20,000 nucleotides of DNA, from positions 54,130 through 74,129 of the IMG/VR virus record IMGVR_UViG_3300031687_001114. One strand, given 5' to 3'. This stretch comes from an uncultured virus (IMG/VR IMGVR_UViG_3300031687_001114) (lineage: Duplodnaviria > Heunggongvirae > Uroviricota > Caudoviricetes). This document shows positions 9,652 through 17,989 of the stretch, piece by piece. The translations under genes and the position numbers were made by a program. The notes under the pieces were generated by a model. That model worked only from the letters and a program-made list of their open reading frames with translations. It was not told the origin of the DNA and made no database searches. How positions within the stretch are numbered: position 1 is the stretch's first letter; each line of letters starts with the position of its first letter.

Positions 9652-12134
9652 CCGCCTGTACTCCTGTCCGCTTTGGACTCATTAAATGTTTCTAGTTGTC
9701 GTGCGTTGACGGCGTCTGCTTCTGCATTAGGATCAAATCCATCATCTGCTGGACCGGCTAAGTAGCCATCTCCGTAATCTATATCTACTATGTCGTACTC
9801 AGATAAATTTAGTGCTGTATTCTTTTTAGCATTTACTTCTATTTCAAACATGCCATTACTAAATGTACATGTAGTTGCCATGATTTGATATACACCGCTT
9901 ATAAAGTAAGCCGTGCCTGCTTTCTCAAGATACCCTGTGTTGTTATCTTCATCATCCATATCAGGATCTATTACCCTCGGAGTTTGCATTGTAAATAGAA
10001 AATAGTTATCATTGCCGGTATACGATATGGAATCCATAGTGGTTGCCTTTCCAATGTTGTCTAGTTTCGCTGACATGCCTTTGCCTTTCTGCGGGTCCGT
10101 TGGCTTCTCGCCTAAGTACCATACATCGCCTCTAATTTTTAATCCTAAATCAATTAATATACTTGCATCATTGACATTTTGGTACATGTATCCAAACAAT
10201 GTTGCTTTAGGCGTGCCGTCAACAGTATTACCTGATGTGGACACAATACTCTTAGTATAGTCAAATCCCGGTTTAGTAACTGCCATCTTTAACGAGTTCA
10301 TTGCTTGACGAGAACTAAGTTCGCCAATAACAATTTCACTGCCACCGGCATTGTCAATAAGATCCGCTCCATACAAATAGCCACTCGGCTCTGGCTTGTA
10401 CGGTGGGTCGTTTTGCGTTGGCGTCGGATCCGATGATGTAGGGGTGCTAGGATCTGCATTGGCTTCTTGGGACCTGAAATACCCTAGCGGATCATTGCCT
10501 CCGTTATTCAATAATACCATAGCTTCTGCTAAATTCCTTTGTGTCTGTTTATTTTCTTGTAGAGACTTTCTTTCAGAAGCACTTAACTGTAGTTGGTCAG
10601 CAACTTCATTCTGGTATGCAGAGTTATTTAATTTCTTGGTTAGTGCGTCTGTGTTTTCTTGTGCCGCCGCAATCTTAGCCTTCTTTTGTGAATTGTTGAG
10701 GTCGTCATCAGTTGTCGGAGTTCCTGGTGCGTTAGGATTAGTAGATGCATCACCCATCAATCCTCCTTGCGGAGCACCTAGTAATAGTTGTCCTGCTTTA
10801 TAGCCAATAGTTGCTTCTAAAATTTGGTCATTTTGTCCAGTATACAAATAATGATATGCTTTTTTTATTTTCAGTTCATTTATTCGAGTGTTAATATTTT
10901 CTTTAGTAGTATCAAATTCACCCGGGCCACTGGCTAGTGAGTCGTCTGCTGTTTCATAAAGTATAGGTTTATAAGTTACTTTCTTTGCGTAAGTATTTCT
11001 TCTATGGTCATAGTCTAGCCACTCAGTAACCGCTTCTATTCTGTACCATGTGGTAAATGTTTGATTCATGTCTAGACCGTCTTTGTCTATGGTAGGATCA
11101 GTGAAGTCTGTCTTTCTTGTGATTGCCTTTAAAAAGTCATCATTCATTACTAGCAATGTTGTAAGGATCTTATGTAAGTTAGTGCCTTGCTTTAGTTGTA
11201 TTCTGTTTCGTCTCCAAACTCCACCGCTGGCTTCTATACCACCATCTAAACTGTCTGGATTGTCTTCTAATATTTTATCGTATTCTTCTCTGGTCTTGAT
11301 TCCCATGGAATCTGCATTCATTAATCTGTTTACTTGTTCAGCTTGTTTGTAGTTACTATAATTTAAATTGCCGTCTCCACCGAGCATCAACACAAGATTA
11401 GAGAAGTCAAACGATACTTCATCTTGTACAGCATGTTCTTTATAGTTGTCTTCTCTGAACTGTTTAAGTGTATCTTCTAAGGATTTCATACATTCTACAA
11501 TAGTGCTACCAGTCATACTGGTGTCAGCTGGAATTGTATAAAATGTATCCGAGTATGCGGTTGATTCGGTTTGTACGAACGTAACATCATATGTGCTACC
11601 AGCATCATTAATGTTTACATCGATAGTCGCAATTTCTAATTGCCAACACCATGGCCCATCGATAGAAACAGGTTCGCCACCGGATTCATTATCGTCTAAA
11701 TCCTCTGTGTATCCTTTAAAGTTCAATTCGAGAAATACAGGTGCATTAGCAAACATACCGGCTTTGATGCCTAGCACTTGTTTTGCCATCTGTATCTGGT
11801 CTAGTAAGTCTGCGGCGCCGGGCTGTATAAGTGTAAAAGAACCGTTGGTCACAAATACACCTGCTCCGGACCTAACGATATTTAATTCTACATTTTCTAT
11901 TGCTACACCAGTTACACTAGTCTGAGCAATAATAACTGTTTGTTCTGGTGCGGCTTTTAAGGCTCCGTTTTTATATCCGCCGCCGTTGCCGTCATCATCG
12001 GGTATCATGTAAAGTCTAAAATTATATGATGCGTTATTGAAAGCATCTAGTTTGTTACCGGCTACAGCACCAATCCATCGGTCTTCCTTTATAGGAGTTT
12101 CAGCTGTCTCTTTGTCTTTGGAAGATCCAAACAT
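9648..12134 (-). CDS. Virion structural protein, probable baseplate hub (gp27-like position), 828 aa
   Basis: Long ORF with start/stop overlaps to both neighbours, between gp53-like and gp5-like genes. C-terminal LKIRGDVWYL and ISGVYQI...FSNGMF resemble hub-protein motifs. Function inferred mostly from synteny. Confidence 0.55.
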   Translation of the reverse strand: MFGSSKDKETAETPIKEDRWIGAVAGNKLDAFNNASYNFRLYMIPDDDGNGGGYKNGALKAAPEQTVIIAQTSVTGVAIENVELNIVRSGAGVFVTNGSFTLIQPGAADLLDQIQMAKQVLGIKAGMFANAPVFLELNFKGYTEDLDDNESGGEPVSIDGPWCWQLEIATIDVNINDAGSTYDVTFVQTESTAYSDTFYTIPADTSMTGSTIVECMKSLEDTLKQFREDNYKEHAVQDEVSFDFSNLVLMLGGDGNLNYSNYKQAEQVNRLMNADSMGIKTREEYDKILEDNPDSLDGGIEASGGVWRRNRIQLKQGTNLHKILTTLLVMNDDFLKAITRKTDFTDPTIDKDGLDMNQTFTTWYRIEAVTEWLDYDHRRNTYAKKVTYKPILYETADDSLASGPGEFDTTKENINTRINELKIKKAYHYLYTGQNDQILEATIGYKAGQLLLGAPQGGLMGDASTNPNAPGTPTTDDDLNNSQKKAKIAAAQENTDALTKKLNNSAYQNEVADQLQLSASERKSLQENKQTQRNLAEAMVLLNNGGNDPLGYFRSQEANADPSTPTSSDPTPTQNDPPYKPEPSGYLYGADLIDNAGGSEIVIGELSSRQAMNSLKMAVTKPGFDYTKSIVSTSGNTVDGTPKATLFGYMYQNVNDASILIDLGLKIRGDVWYLGEKPTDPQKGKGMSAKLDNIGKATTMDSISYTGNDNYFLFTMQTPRVIDPDMDDEDNNTGYLEKAGTAYFISGVYQIMATTCTFSNGMFEIEVNAKKNTALNLSEYDIVDIDYGDGYLAGPADDGFDPNAEADAVNARQLETFNESKADRSTGG

Positions 12135-12433
12135 TAGTTTGCTAGCCTGTCTATTACTTCCTTAGAGGGTACGAATATTATTAAACCTGACACAAAGTCT
12201 TCTATAGGGTCTACTAATGCATCTGGGTTTCTTAATGCAAACACCCACCATAGTTGGACCGTTCCATATAGTTCGTATGCTAGTAAGTCAGGGCGTTTTG
12301 CGTATTTAGGTTCTACTGAATACTTTCTATCTGCTCGACTTTTTGGAAGTTTAGGCAAATCGTTTACGTCAAGAAATAATCCTCTTGTGGAAGCTCTGCG
12401 TAAAAAACTGTCTTTGTTAACCGTGTTAGCCAT
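12134..12433 (-). CDS. gp53: Baseplate wedge protein, gp53-like (LysM-like fold)
   Basis: RPDLLAYELYGTVQLWWVFALRNPD...DP motif characteristic of gp53/tail-X LysM-like proteins. Confidence 0.82.
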   Translation of the reverse strand: MANTVNKDSFLRRASTRGLFLDVNDLPKLPKSRADRKYSVEPKYAKRPDLLAYELYGTVQLWWVFALRNPDALVDPIEDFVSGLIIFVPSKEVIDRLAN

Positions 12434-13179
12434 TAGATAAATCCATCCGATAGTCCCTTGCCACTAGTAAATCTTTGCAAGTTAAATTTCTTTCTTGTTT
12501 TTCTATATGTGTATTGTGGTGCAAGTTCTATCATTATACTAGTTTCCGTTGGCATCATTGTAGTTTTACCTTTGTATTTAACCGGAACGTAATCTACGTT
12601 GGGCGGTAACTGGAAGTTATAGTTTCGTATGATAACTGGAACTTTGTTAAACCCAAATTCTCCTAAGTATTCAAATAATAACACTGGAGGAGGAGTTCCA
12701 AAGAATCCACTCTTAACAGCACTATCACCATAGAATGCTTTAGTAACACTTCTTAAAAAATGAAATATTGCTAACATATATTGTGCTTCGTCTGTAGTAT
12801 TTGCTGTGAACGTTCCTGTGATAGGTATCGTTGTAGGTCTACTATTAATGTATGTATAAAACGGATAGTTCGATCCATGTTGGGTAGACTCATTATAATC
12901 TACTGAAGCCGCAAGGAAGATATCCGGAGTAAAAGGAAACACAATTCCGCCTCTCTCTTGCAATGGTTTTAGTACACTATCAGTAATTTCTTTAGAAGGA
13001 TCATCGGGATCTACTAGACCGTATGCCCATTTCTCTCCGCCTTTCTTAGGTCGGATTCTTGCTCGCCAGTCTATTTCCCCAAATTCTGTGCCGTCGTTGC
13101 GTTTCATGAATTGATTAAATTCTTGAGAACCGTCTTCGCTGTTTACACTAGGTTGGGTATTTGATGTTTCATTTGCCAT
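12433..13179 (-). CDS. Baseplate/tail-tube initiator-like protein (gp48/gp54-type), 248 aa
   Basis: Start re-assigned to ATG 13179 (MANETSNTQ), which has AAGGAG 6 nt upstream. GIVFPFTPDI and PPPVLLFEYLG...VPVIIRNYNFQLP resemble tube-fold initiator proteins; first gene of the baseplate operon. Confidence 0.6.
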   Translation of the reverse strand: MANETSNTQPSVNSEDGSQEFNQFMKRNDGTEFGEIDWRARIRPKKGGEKWAYGLVDPDDPSKEITDSVLKPLQERGGIVFPFTPDIFLAASVDYNESTQHGSNYPFYTYINSRPTTIPITGTFTANTTDEAQYMLAIFHFLRSVTKAFYGDSAVKSGFFGTPPPVLLFEYLGEFGFNKVPVIIRNYNFQLPPNVDYVPVKYKGKTTMMPTETSIMIELAPQYTYRKTRKKFNLQRFTSGKGLSDGFI

Positions 13180-13196
13180 ATTGTGCTCCTTCGTTG

Positions 13197-13214
13197 TATT
13201 TATCAAGATAAATA
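13197..13214. promoter_or_regulatory. Back-to-back putative late promoters TATTTATC-AA-GATAAATA
   Basis: Perfect inverted repeat of GATAAATA. The minus copy (13197-13204) precedes the baseplate operon RBS; the plus copy (13207-13214) points to gp55. Confidence 0.6.
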
Positions 13215-13254
13215 ATAGCACGTTTTAATTATTAGTACGATTATTAGAAAACAG

Positions 13255-13283
13255 TTGACTTTGTCTTGCTTAGGCACTATAAT
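13255..13283 (+). promoter_or_regulatory. Sigma70-type promoter for the gp55-gp47-gp46 operon
   Basis: TTGACT (13255-13260), 17 bp, TATAAT (13278-13283); AAGGAG RBS at 13295-13300. Confidence 0.85.
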
Positions 13284-13305
13284 ACTGTTTAACTAAGGAG
13301 ATTAT

Positions 13306-14178
13306 ATGGCTCACATTACACCAAAAAAGGTTAATTATTTAAACAACAAAGACATACTAAAGCAGATTCATGCTAGTAAGATGTCGTATTGTTATGTGCA
13401 AGATGACAAGTACATGAACCCAGACATCATTTTAATGGATGTCAACGAAATTAATAAAACTACTATTAAACAGGCTCAAGAGAATAGGTCAGCAAAACTA
13501 CAATCAGAAGGCTACCAAACTGCTATGAAAGAAGGCGGTTGGGATAAGAAGCCTAAGCAGAAAGACTTTGCAGTTGATCCGCTTTCTCTTGCAGTAGATG
13601 AACTAGTGTTTAGAGTTATGGGATATGACCATATTCCAGATGAACCGGGTAGAAAGAAAACTACTAAAACAGTTGCTGATACAAAAGCAAAACTAAATTT
13701 CCCTCCATTTAAACATTATATAGTAGATGGTGCTGGAACAAATCCTAGGGAAGTTGCTAGAAGTCATTGGGTAGGTGGACTACACAATGGTCATTTTAGT
13801 GTTGACCACGGAAAAATTACAAATACCCTCGGTAGCATGTTTATGAAACTTGTAGAGCGTTACAGTCAAAGAGGTAACTGGCGAGGTTACACTTATGTTG
13901 ACGAAATGCGTGGACAAGCATTAGTACAACTTGCTCAAATAGGATTGCAATTCAACGAAGCAAAATCAGACAATCCATTTGCATATTATACCGCTACAGT
14001 TAATAACAGTTTCACTAGAGTGTTAAACTTAGAGAAACGTAACCAATCAATTAGAGACGACATCTTAATCGAGTCTGGTCATTTACCAAGTTATGGTAGA
14101 CAGATTGCATACGAGAATGAGATGAAAGAACTTCGTGCGATTGCAGAAACTGAAGTAGAAAATACATCAACTGAGTAA
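13306..14178 (+). CDS. gp55: Late-transcription sigma factor, T4 gp55-like
   Basis: NYLNNKDIL N-terminus; NWRGYTYVDEM and FNEAKSDNPFAYYTATVNNSFTRVLNLEK motifs; canonical position upstream of gp47-gp46. Confidence 0.88.
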   Translation: MAHITPKKVNYLNNKDILKQIHASKMSYCYVQDDKYMNPDIILMDVNEINKTTIKQAQENRSAKLQSEGYQTAMKEGGWDKKPKQKDFAVDPLSLAVDELVFRVMGYDHIPDEPGRKKTTKTVADTKAKLNFPPFKHYIVDGAGTNPREVARSHWVGGLHNGHFSVDHGKITNTLGSMFMKLVERYSQRGNWRGYTYVDEMRGQALVQLAQIGLQFNEAKSDNPFAYYTATVNNSFTRVLNLEKRNQSIRDDILIESGHLPSYGRQIAYENEMKELRAIAETEVENTSTE

Positions 14179-14186
14179 CAACCACT

Positions 14187-15206
14187 ATGGCAAACCTTTT
14201 TGAAAGGGCCGCGTGTTTCACCGATATACATTACGGCTTAAAACAAAACAGTAGACAACATTTAATAGACTGCGATAACTTTATAACGTGGTTTATTAAG
14301 GAAGCGAAAGCACGGAATTGCGAGACTTGTATATTTCTGGGCGACTGGCATCATCATAGAGCAAGTATTAACATTGCTACTATGAACTCTACTATCAAAG
14401 ACTTAAAGCGATTAAACGATGCATTTGAAACTGTGTACTTTATCACTGGAAATCATGACTTGTTTTATAGAGAAAAGCGTGACTTAAACAGTATCGAGTT
14501 TGCTAGAGATATGTCTAACATTGTTATGGTAGATGAACACTTCCTACAAGATGATGTTGCTATCGTTCCATGGTTAATCGGAGACGAACACAAAGATGTT
14601 GCTAAAGTAAAATGCAAATACATGTTTGGACATTTCGAGTTACCATACTTTAAAATGAATGCAATGATTGAAATGCCGGATCACGGTGGTATTAGAGCAG
14701 ACATGTTAAGTGGTCCAGAATATGTATTCAGTGGTCACTTCCACAAACGTCAATATAAAGGCAACATACATTACATCGGTAATGCTTTCCCACATAACTA
14801 TGCAGATGCACAAGATAATGAACGTGGTGCAATGTTTTTAGAATGGGATGGCGAGCCACAATATGTTAATTGGGCAGAGTGTCCAAAGTATGTTACTATG
14901 GGGTTACGTCAGTTACTTGAAGCGCCTGAAAAATATTTAGATTCACAAACTCATGCAAGAGTTAAACTAGATGTAAACATCAGTTACGAAGAAGCAAACT
15001 TTATTCGTGAAACATTTGCAGAACAATTTAAAGTTAGAGAGATACAATTACTTCCTGTTAAAGAAGAAGAGGAAGCCTTCGAAGGTGGTGAAATACAATT
15101 TGAAAGTGTTGACCAAATTGTTATACAGCAATTAGAAACAATCGAAAGCAACTTAGTCGACACCGGCGAGCTTGTTAAAATTTACAGAAGTTTAGAGACC
15201 TTATAA
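14187..15206 (+). CDS. gp47: Recombination nuclease subunit, Mre11/SbcD-like
   Basis: Metallophosphoesterase motifs DIH, GDWHH, GNHD, GHFE and SGHFH. Confidence 0.93.
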   Translation: MANLFERAACFTDIHYGLKQNSRQHLIDCDNFITWFIKEAKARNCETCIFLGDWHHHRASINIATMNSTIKDLKRLNDAFETVYFITGNHDLFYREKRDLNSIEFARDMSNIVMVDEHFLQDDVAIVPWLIGDEHKDVAKVKCKYMFGHFELPYFKMNAMIEMPDHGGIRADMLSGPEYVFSGHFHKRQYKGNIHYIGNAFPHNYADAQDNERGAMFLEWDGEPQYVNWAECPKYVTMGLRQLLEAPEKYLDSQTHARVKLDVNISYEEANFIRETFAEQFKVREIQLLPVKEEEEAFEGGEIQFESVDQIVIQQLETIESNLVDTGELVKIYRSLETL

Positions 15207-16976
15207 ATGCTTACTATAAAAAACGTAACAGCAAAAAACTTTATGAGTATTGGCAACAATACCCAGGCGGTTACATTTGATACCGAGCAACTAACACTAG
15301 TCCTAGGACACAATTTAGACTTAGGTGGCGATGGCAGTAGAAACGGTACAGGTAAAACGACAATCATTAATGCATTAAGTTATGGATTATACGGCGAAGC
15401 GTTAACAAACATTAGACGTGATAACTTAATTAATAAAACAAATGCTAAAGGCATGATTATTACTGTTGACTTTGATATCAACGGAAACGAATATAGAATT
15501 GAACGTGGCAGACGTCCTAACACTTTAAAGTTTTTTATAGATGGTGTAGAGAAAGCTGATGACGAACAGCAAGGCGACAGTAGAGAAACACAAAAAGAAA
15601 TAGAACGTATTATAGGGTTCCCTCATAATATGTTTAAGCATTTGATTGCATTGAATACATACACTGAACCGTTCCTTAGTATGAAAACTAATGACCAACG
15701 TGATATGATTGAGCAGTTACTAGGCATCACTGAGATTAGTGAAAAAGCAGAGCTACTTAAAGAGCTACTTAAAAATACCAAAGACAGCATTAAAGACGAA
15801 GAGTCTAGAATACAAGCAGTACAGAATGCTAACAAGCGTATTGAAAAGAACATCGACGACATTGAATTGCGTAGGAAAGCATGGGACAATCAACATAGCG
15901 TAAAATTAAAAGACTTACAAGCATCATTGGATGCATTAAGTGAAACTGATATTGATTCCGAACTAGACAAGCACAGAGAATTAGATATTGTTCACAAACA
16001 GTATTCAAAAATGCAAGGCTTACAAAATGAGTTAAAGCAACTACAAACTAGTAGCAAACGTAATGCTAGTACACTTGTTAGTATACGAAGCGATATCGAG
16101 AAAGCTGAATCAGGCGTATGCCCAGCATGTGATCAAAGTACAGCACACTTGGATACTCATGAAACGTATACCGCAGAGCTTAAAGAAAAAGAAAAAAAAG
16201 AGCTATCGTATTCTACAGAATTAGAAGGCAAAATAGCTGTGTTAGAGCAAAGCCTAACTGACATCGGAGAACTGCCTGAAAGTCCTATTACTTTTTATAA
16301 CAGCATGGAAGATGCTTTACAGCATAGACATAATTTAGACACTATCACAGAGCAACTTGCTGAACGTAAAGAAGAAACTAATCCATATTCTGACCAAGTA
16401 GTTACACTTAGAGAAACTGGCTTGGAAGAAGTTAGTTATGAAGGCATTAACGAGTGGACTAAATTAAAAGACCATCAAGACTTTTTGTATAAACTATTAA
16501 CAAGCAAAGACAGTTTTATAAGAAAGAAAATTATCGACCAGAACTTACAATACTTAAACTACAGACTAAATTATTATTTAGAAAAGTTAGGCTTGCCACA
16601 TGATGTTAGATTCAACTCAGACTTGAGTGTAGACATTACTGAATATGGCAGAGACTTAGACTTTGATAATTTAAGTAGAGGCGAACGTAACAGATTAATA
16701 CTTGGCATGAGTTGGGCATTCAGAGATATTTATGAAAGTCTTAACCAACCAATGAACTTAATGTGTATCGATGAACTTGTTGACTCTGGTATGGATACAA
16801 CTGGTGTTGAAGCGGCACTGGGCGTACTTAAAAAGATGGGAAGAGAATCTAAGAAAAATGTATTCTTAATTTCCCATAAAGAAGAACTGCAAGGAAGAGT
16901 TAGTAATGTATTGTATGTTGTAAAGGAAGGAGGTTTCACTTCTTATGCCAATGACATCGAAATATTGGATAACTAA
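15207..16976 (+). CDS. gp46: Recombination ATPase, Rad50/SbcC-like
   Basis: Walker A NGTGKTT, coiled coil with central CPAC zinc hook, signature LSRGE, Walker B/D-loop CIDELVDSGMD, H-loop ISH. Confidence 0.95.
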   Translation: MLTIKNVTAKNFMSIGNNTQAVTFDTEQLTLVLGHNLDLGGDGSRNGTGKTTIINALSYGLYGEALTNIRRDNLINKTNAKGMIITVDFDINGNEYRIERGRRPNTLKFFIDGVEKADDEQQGDSRETQKEIERIIGFPHNMFKHLIALNTYTEPFLSMKTNDQRDMIEQLLGITEISEKAELLKELLKNTKDSIKDEESRIQAVQNANKRIEKNIDDIELRRKAWDNQHSVKLKDLQASLDALSETDIDSELDKHRELDIVHKQYSKMQGLQNELKQLQTSSKRNASTLVSIRSDIEKAESGVCPACDQSTAHLDTHETYTAELKEKEKKELSYSTELEGKIAVLEQSLTDIGELPESPITFYNSMEDALQHRHNLDTITEQLAERKEETNPYSDQVVTLRETGLEEVSYEGINEWTKLKDHQDFLYKLLTSKDSFIRKKIIDQNLQYLNYRLNYYLEKLGLPHDVRFNSDLSVDITEYGRDLDFDNLSRGERNRLILGMSWAFRDIYESLNQPMNLMCIDELVDSGMDTTGVEAALGVLKKMGRESKKNVFLISHKEELQGRVSNVLYVVKEGGFTSYANDIEILDN

Positions 16977-16981
16977 TATGC

Positions 16982-17407
16982 ATGACACCATGGACTTATG
17001 AAGGCAAAACAGTAGACTCACTTCCAGACGATTGCGAGGCATTTGTCTACTTAATTACTAATACCACAAACGATAGAAAGTATGTAGGTAAAAAGTTAGC
17101 CAAATTTAAAACAACTAAGCCTCCACTAAAAGGCAAAAAGAACAAACGTCGCGGAACGAAAGAATCGGACTGGAAAACTTATTGGGGAAGTTCAGATCAT
17201 CTAAATGCTGATGTATCAGAGCTAGGAGAAGGTAAGTTTACAAGAGAAATAATTTGGTATTGCCCCAGTAGAGGCGTTGCAAGTTATCTCGAAGCCAGAG
17301 AACAATTTGAAAGGCGTGTATTAGAAACCGATGATTACTATAACGGTATTATTAACGTTAGGGTAGGCGGTTCAAAAATTCTACGAGAAGCATTGAAAGA
17401 TAGATAA
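16982..17407 (+). CDS. Compact GIY-YIG family endonuclease (141 aa)
   Basis: FVYLITN...KYVGKK (GIY-YIG variant), YWGSS, helix with YLEAREQ glutamate and YYN asparagine; no obvious C-terminal NUMOD/HTH extension. Confidence 0.85.
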   Translation: MTPWTYEGKTVDSLPDDCEAFVYLITNTTNDRKYVGKKLAKFKTTKPPLKGKKNKRRGTKESDWKTYWGSSDHLNADVSELGEGKFTREIIWYCPSRGVASYLEAREQFERRVLETDDYYNGIINVRVGGSKILREALKDR

Positions 17408-17425
17408 CTAACTATTGCATAACAA

Positions 17426-17472
17426 CACAGACACCAAGTCACAGCAAGGCACACCACAGACACCAAGTCACA
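17426..17472 (+). repeat. Two exact 18-nt direct repeats CACAGACACCAAGTCACA
   Basis: Copies at 17426-17443 and 17455-17472, separated by 11 nt (GCAAGGCACAC). Confidence 0.95.
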
Positions 17473-17499
17473 CTACATAGGACTATACACCAGCCCCAC

Positions 17500-17833
17500 C
17501 CGAGGCCAATATCGGACTCCTCGACAAACCTGAACAAGGTGCGAGAATTGGAGATGTATAGCGGTAAAGATACAAACACACGACAAACTGTATTAAAAGG
17601 ATGTAGGCAATGAGAAAAAGCAACCTACAAGTTTGTGTAACTAAACTCTACAAGGTTACATAAATTTCCGTGAGATGAGACGGTAGTGTATGGGGACAGA
17701 AAGCTCACTGGTTCCTTATAGCACCCGAGTTAGAGATGATGATGGCTCATATGATGTCGACAGACACTATATTTTCCGAACAGCTTCTCCTTGCAATAGG
17801 AGAAGTATGACTCCAACTATATGATATCGCATT
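17500..17833 (+). ncRNA. Candidate large structured non-coding RNA of unknown class
   Basis: No plus-strand ORF in the track; about nine hairpins found by eye, several with G-U pairs on the + strand; long-range pairs 17548-53/17811-16 and 17540-44/17827-31 close a multibranch domain. Confidence 0.55.
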
Positions 17834-17851
17834 AATTAACTAATTAGAAAC

Positions 17852-17917
17852 TTTCTAACAAGAACTGAAATGAATGTAATGAATGAAGTTAGTAGTTGGA
17901 AAAGATACGAAGTATCT
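17852..17917 (+). other. Hairpins with GNA triloops and tandem G.A pairs (ssDNA-type structure)
   Basis: AACT-GA-A-AT-GA-AT-[GTA]-AT-GA-AT-GA-AGTT (17863-17890) on a TTTCTAAC/GTTGGAAA base stem; AGATAC-[GAA]-GTATCT (17903-17917). Confidence 0.5.
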
Positions 17918-17981
17918 AAAAAGCTAATTGTAATTAATTGTAACAAACATATATAAACAGTTCTAGAACTTATCCAATTAA

Positions 17982-17989
17982 GATAAATA
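17982..17989 (+). promoter_or_regulatory. Putative late promoter GATAAATA upstream of the heme-copper enzyme gene
   Basis: Same 8-mer as upstream of the structural operons, 78 nt before the ATG at 18068. Confidence 0.5.

Noticed and set aside
2398..11925. Numerous short plus-strand ORFs antisense to the baseplate genes
   Set aside because: They lie wholly within long motif-bearing genes on the other strand and are typical shadow ORFs. The 7020-8110 cassette is the exception and is kept.
13180..13221. Upstream start at 13221 for the tube-initiator-like gene
   Set aside because: The extension covers the AAGGAG RBS and the late promoter motif; ATG 13179 is better supported.
15749..15772. 12-bp tandem repeat AGAGCTACTTAA in gp46
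   Set aside because: In-frame, encodes ELLK-ELLK in a coiled coil; explained by protein periodicity.
16982..17407. GIY-YIG gene as an intron-encoded homing endonuclease splitting gp46
   Set aside because: gp46 has its complete C-terminal motifs and a stop before the nuclease starts; the gene is free-standing.
17426..17472. CRISPR mini-array
   Set aside because: Only two 18-nt repeats with an 11-nt spacer, both too short; no palindrome in the repeat and no cas genes in the window.
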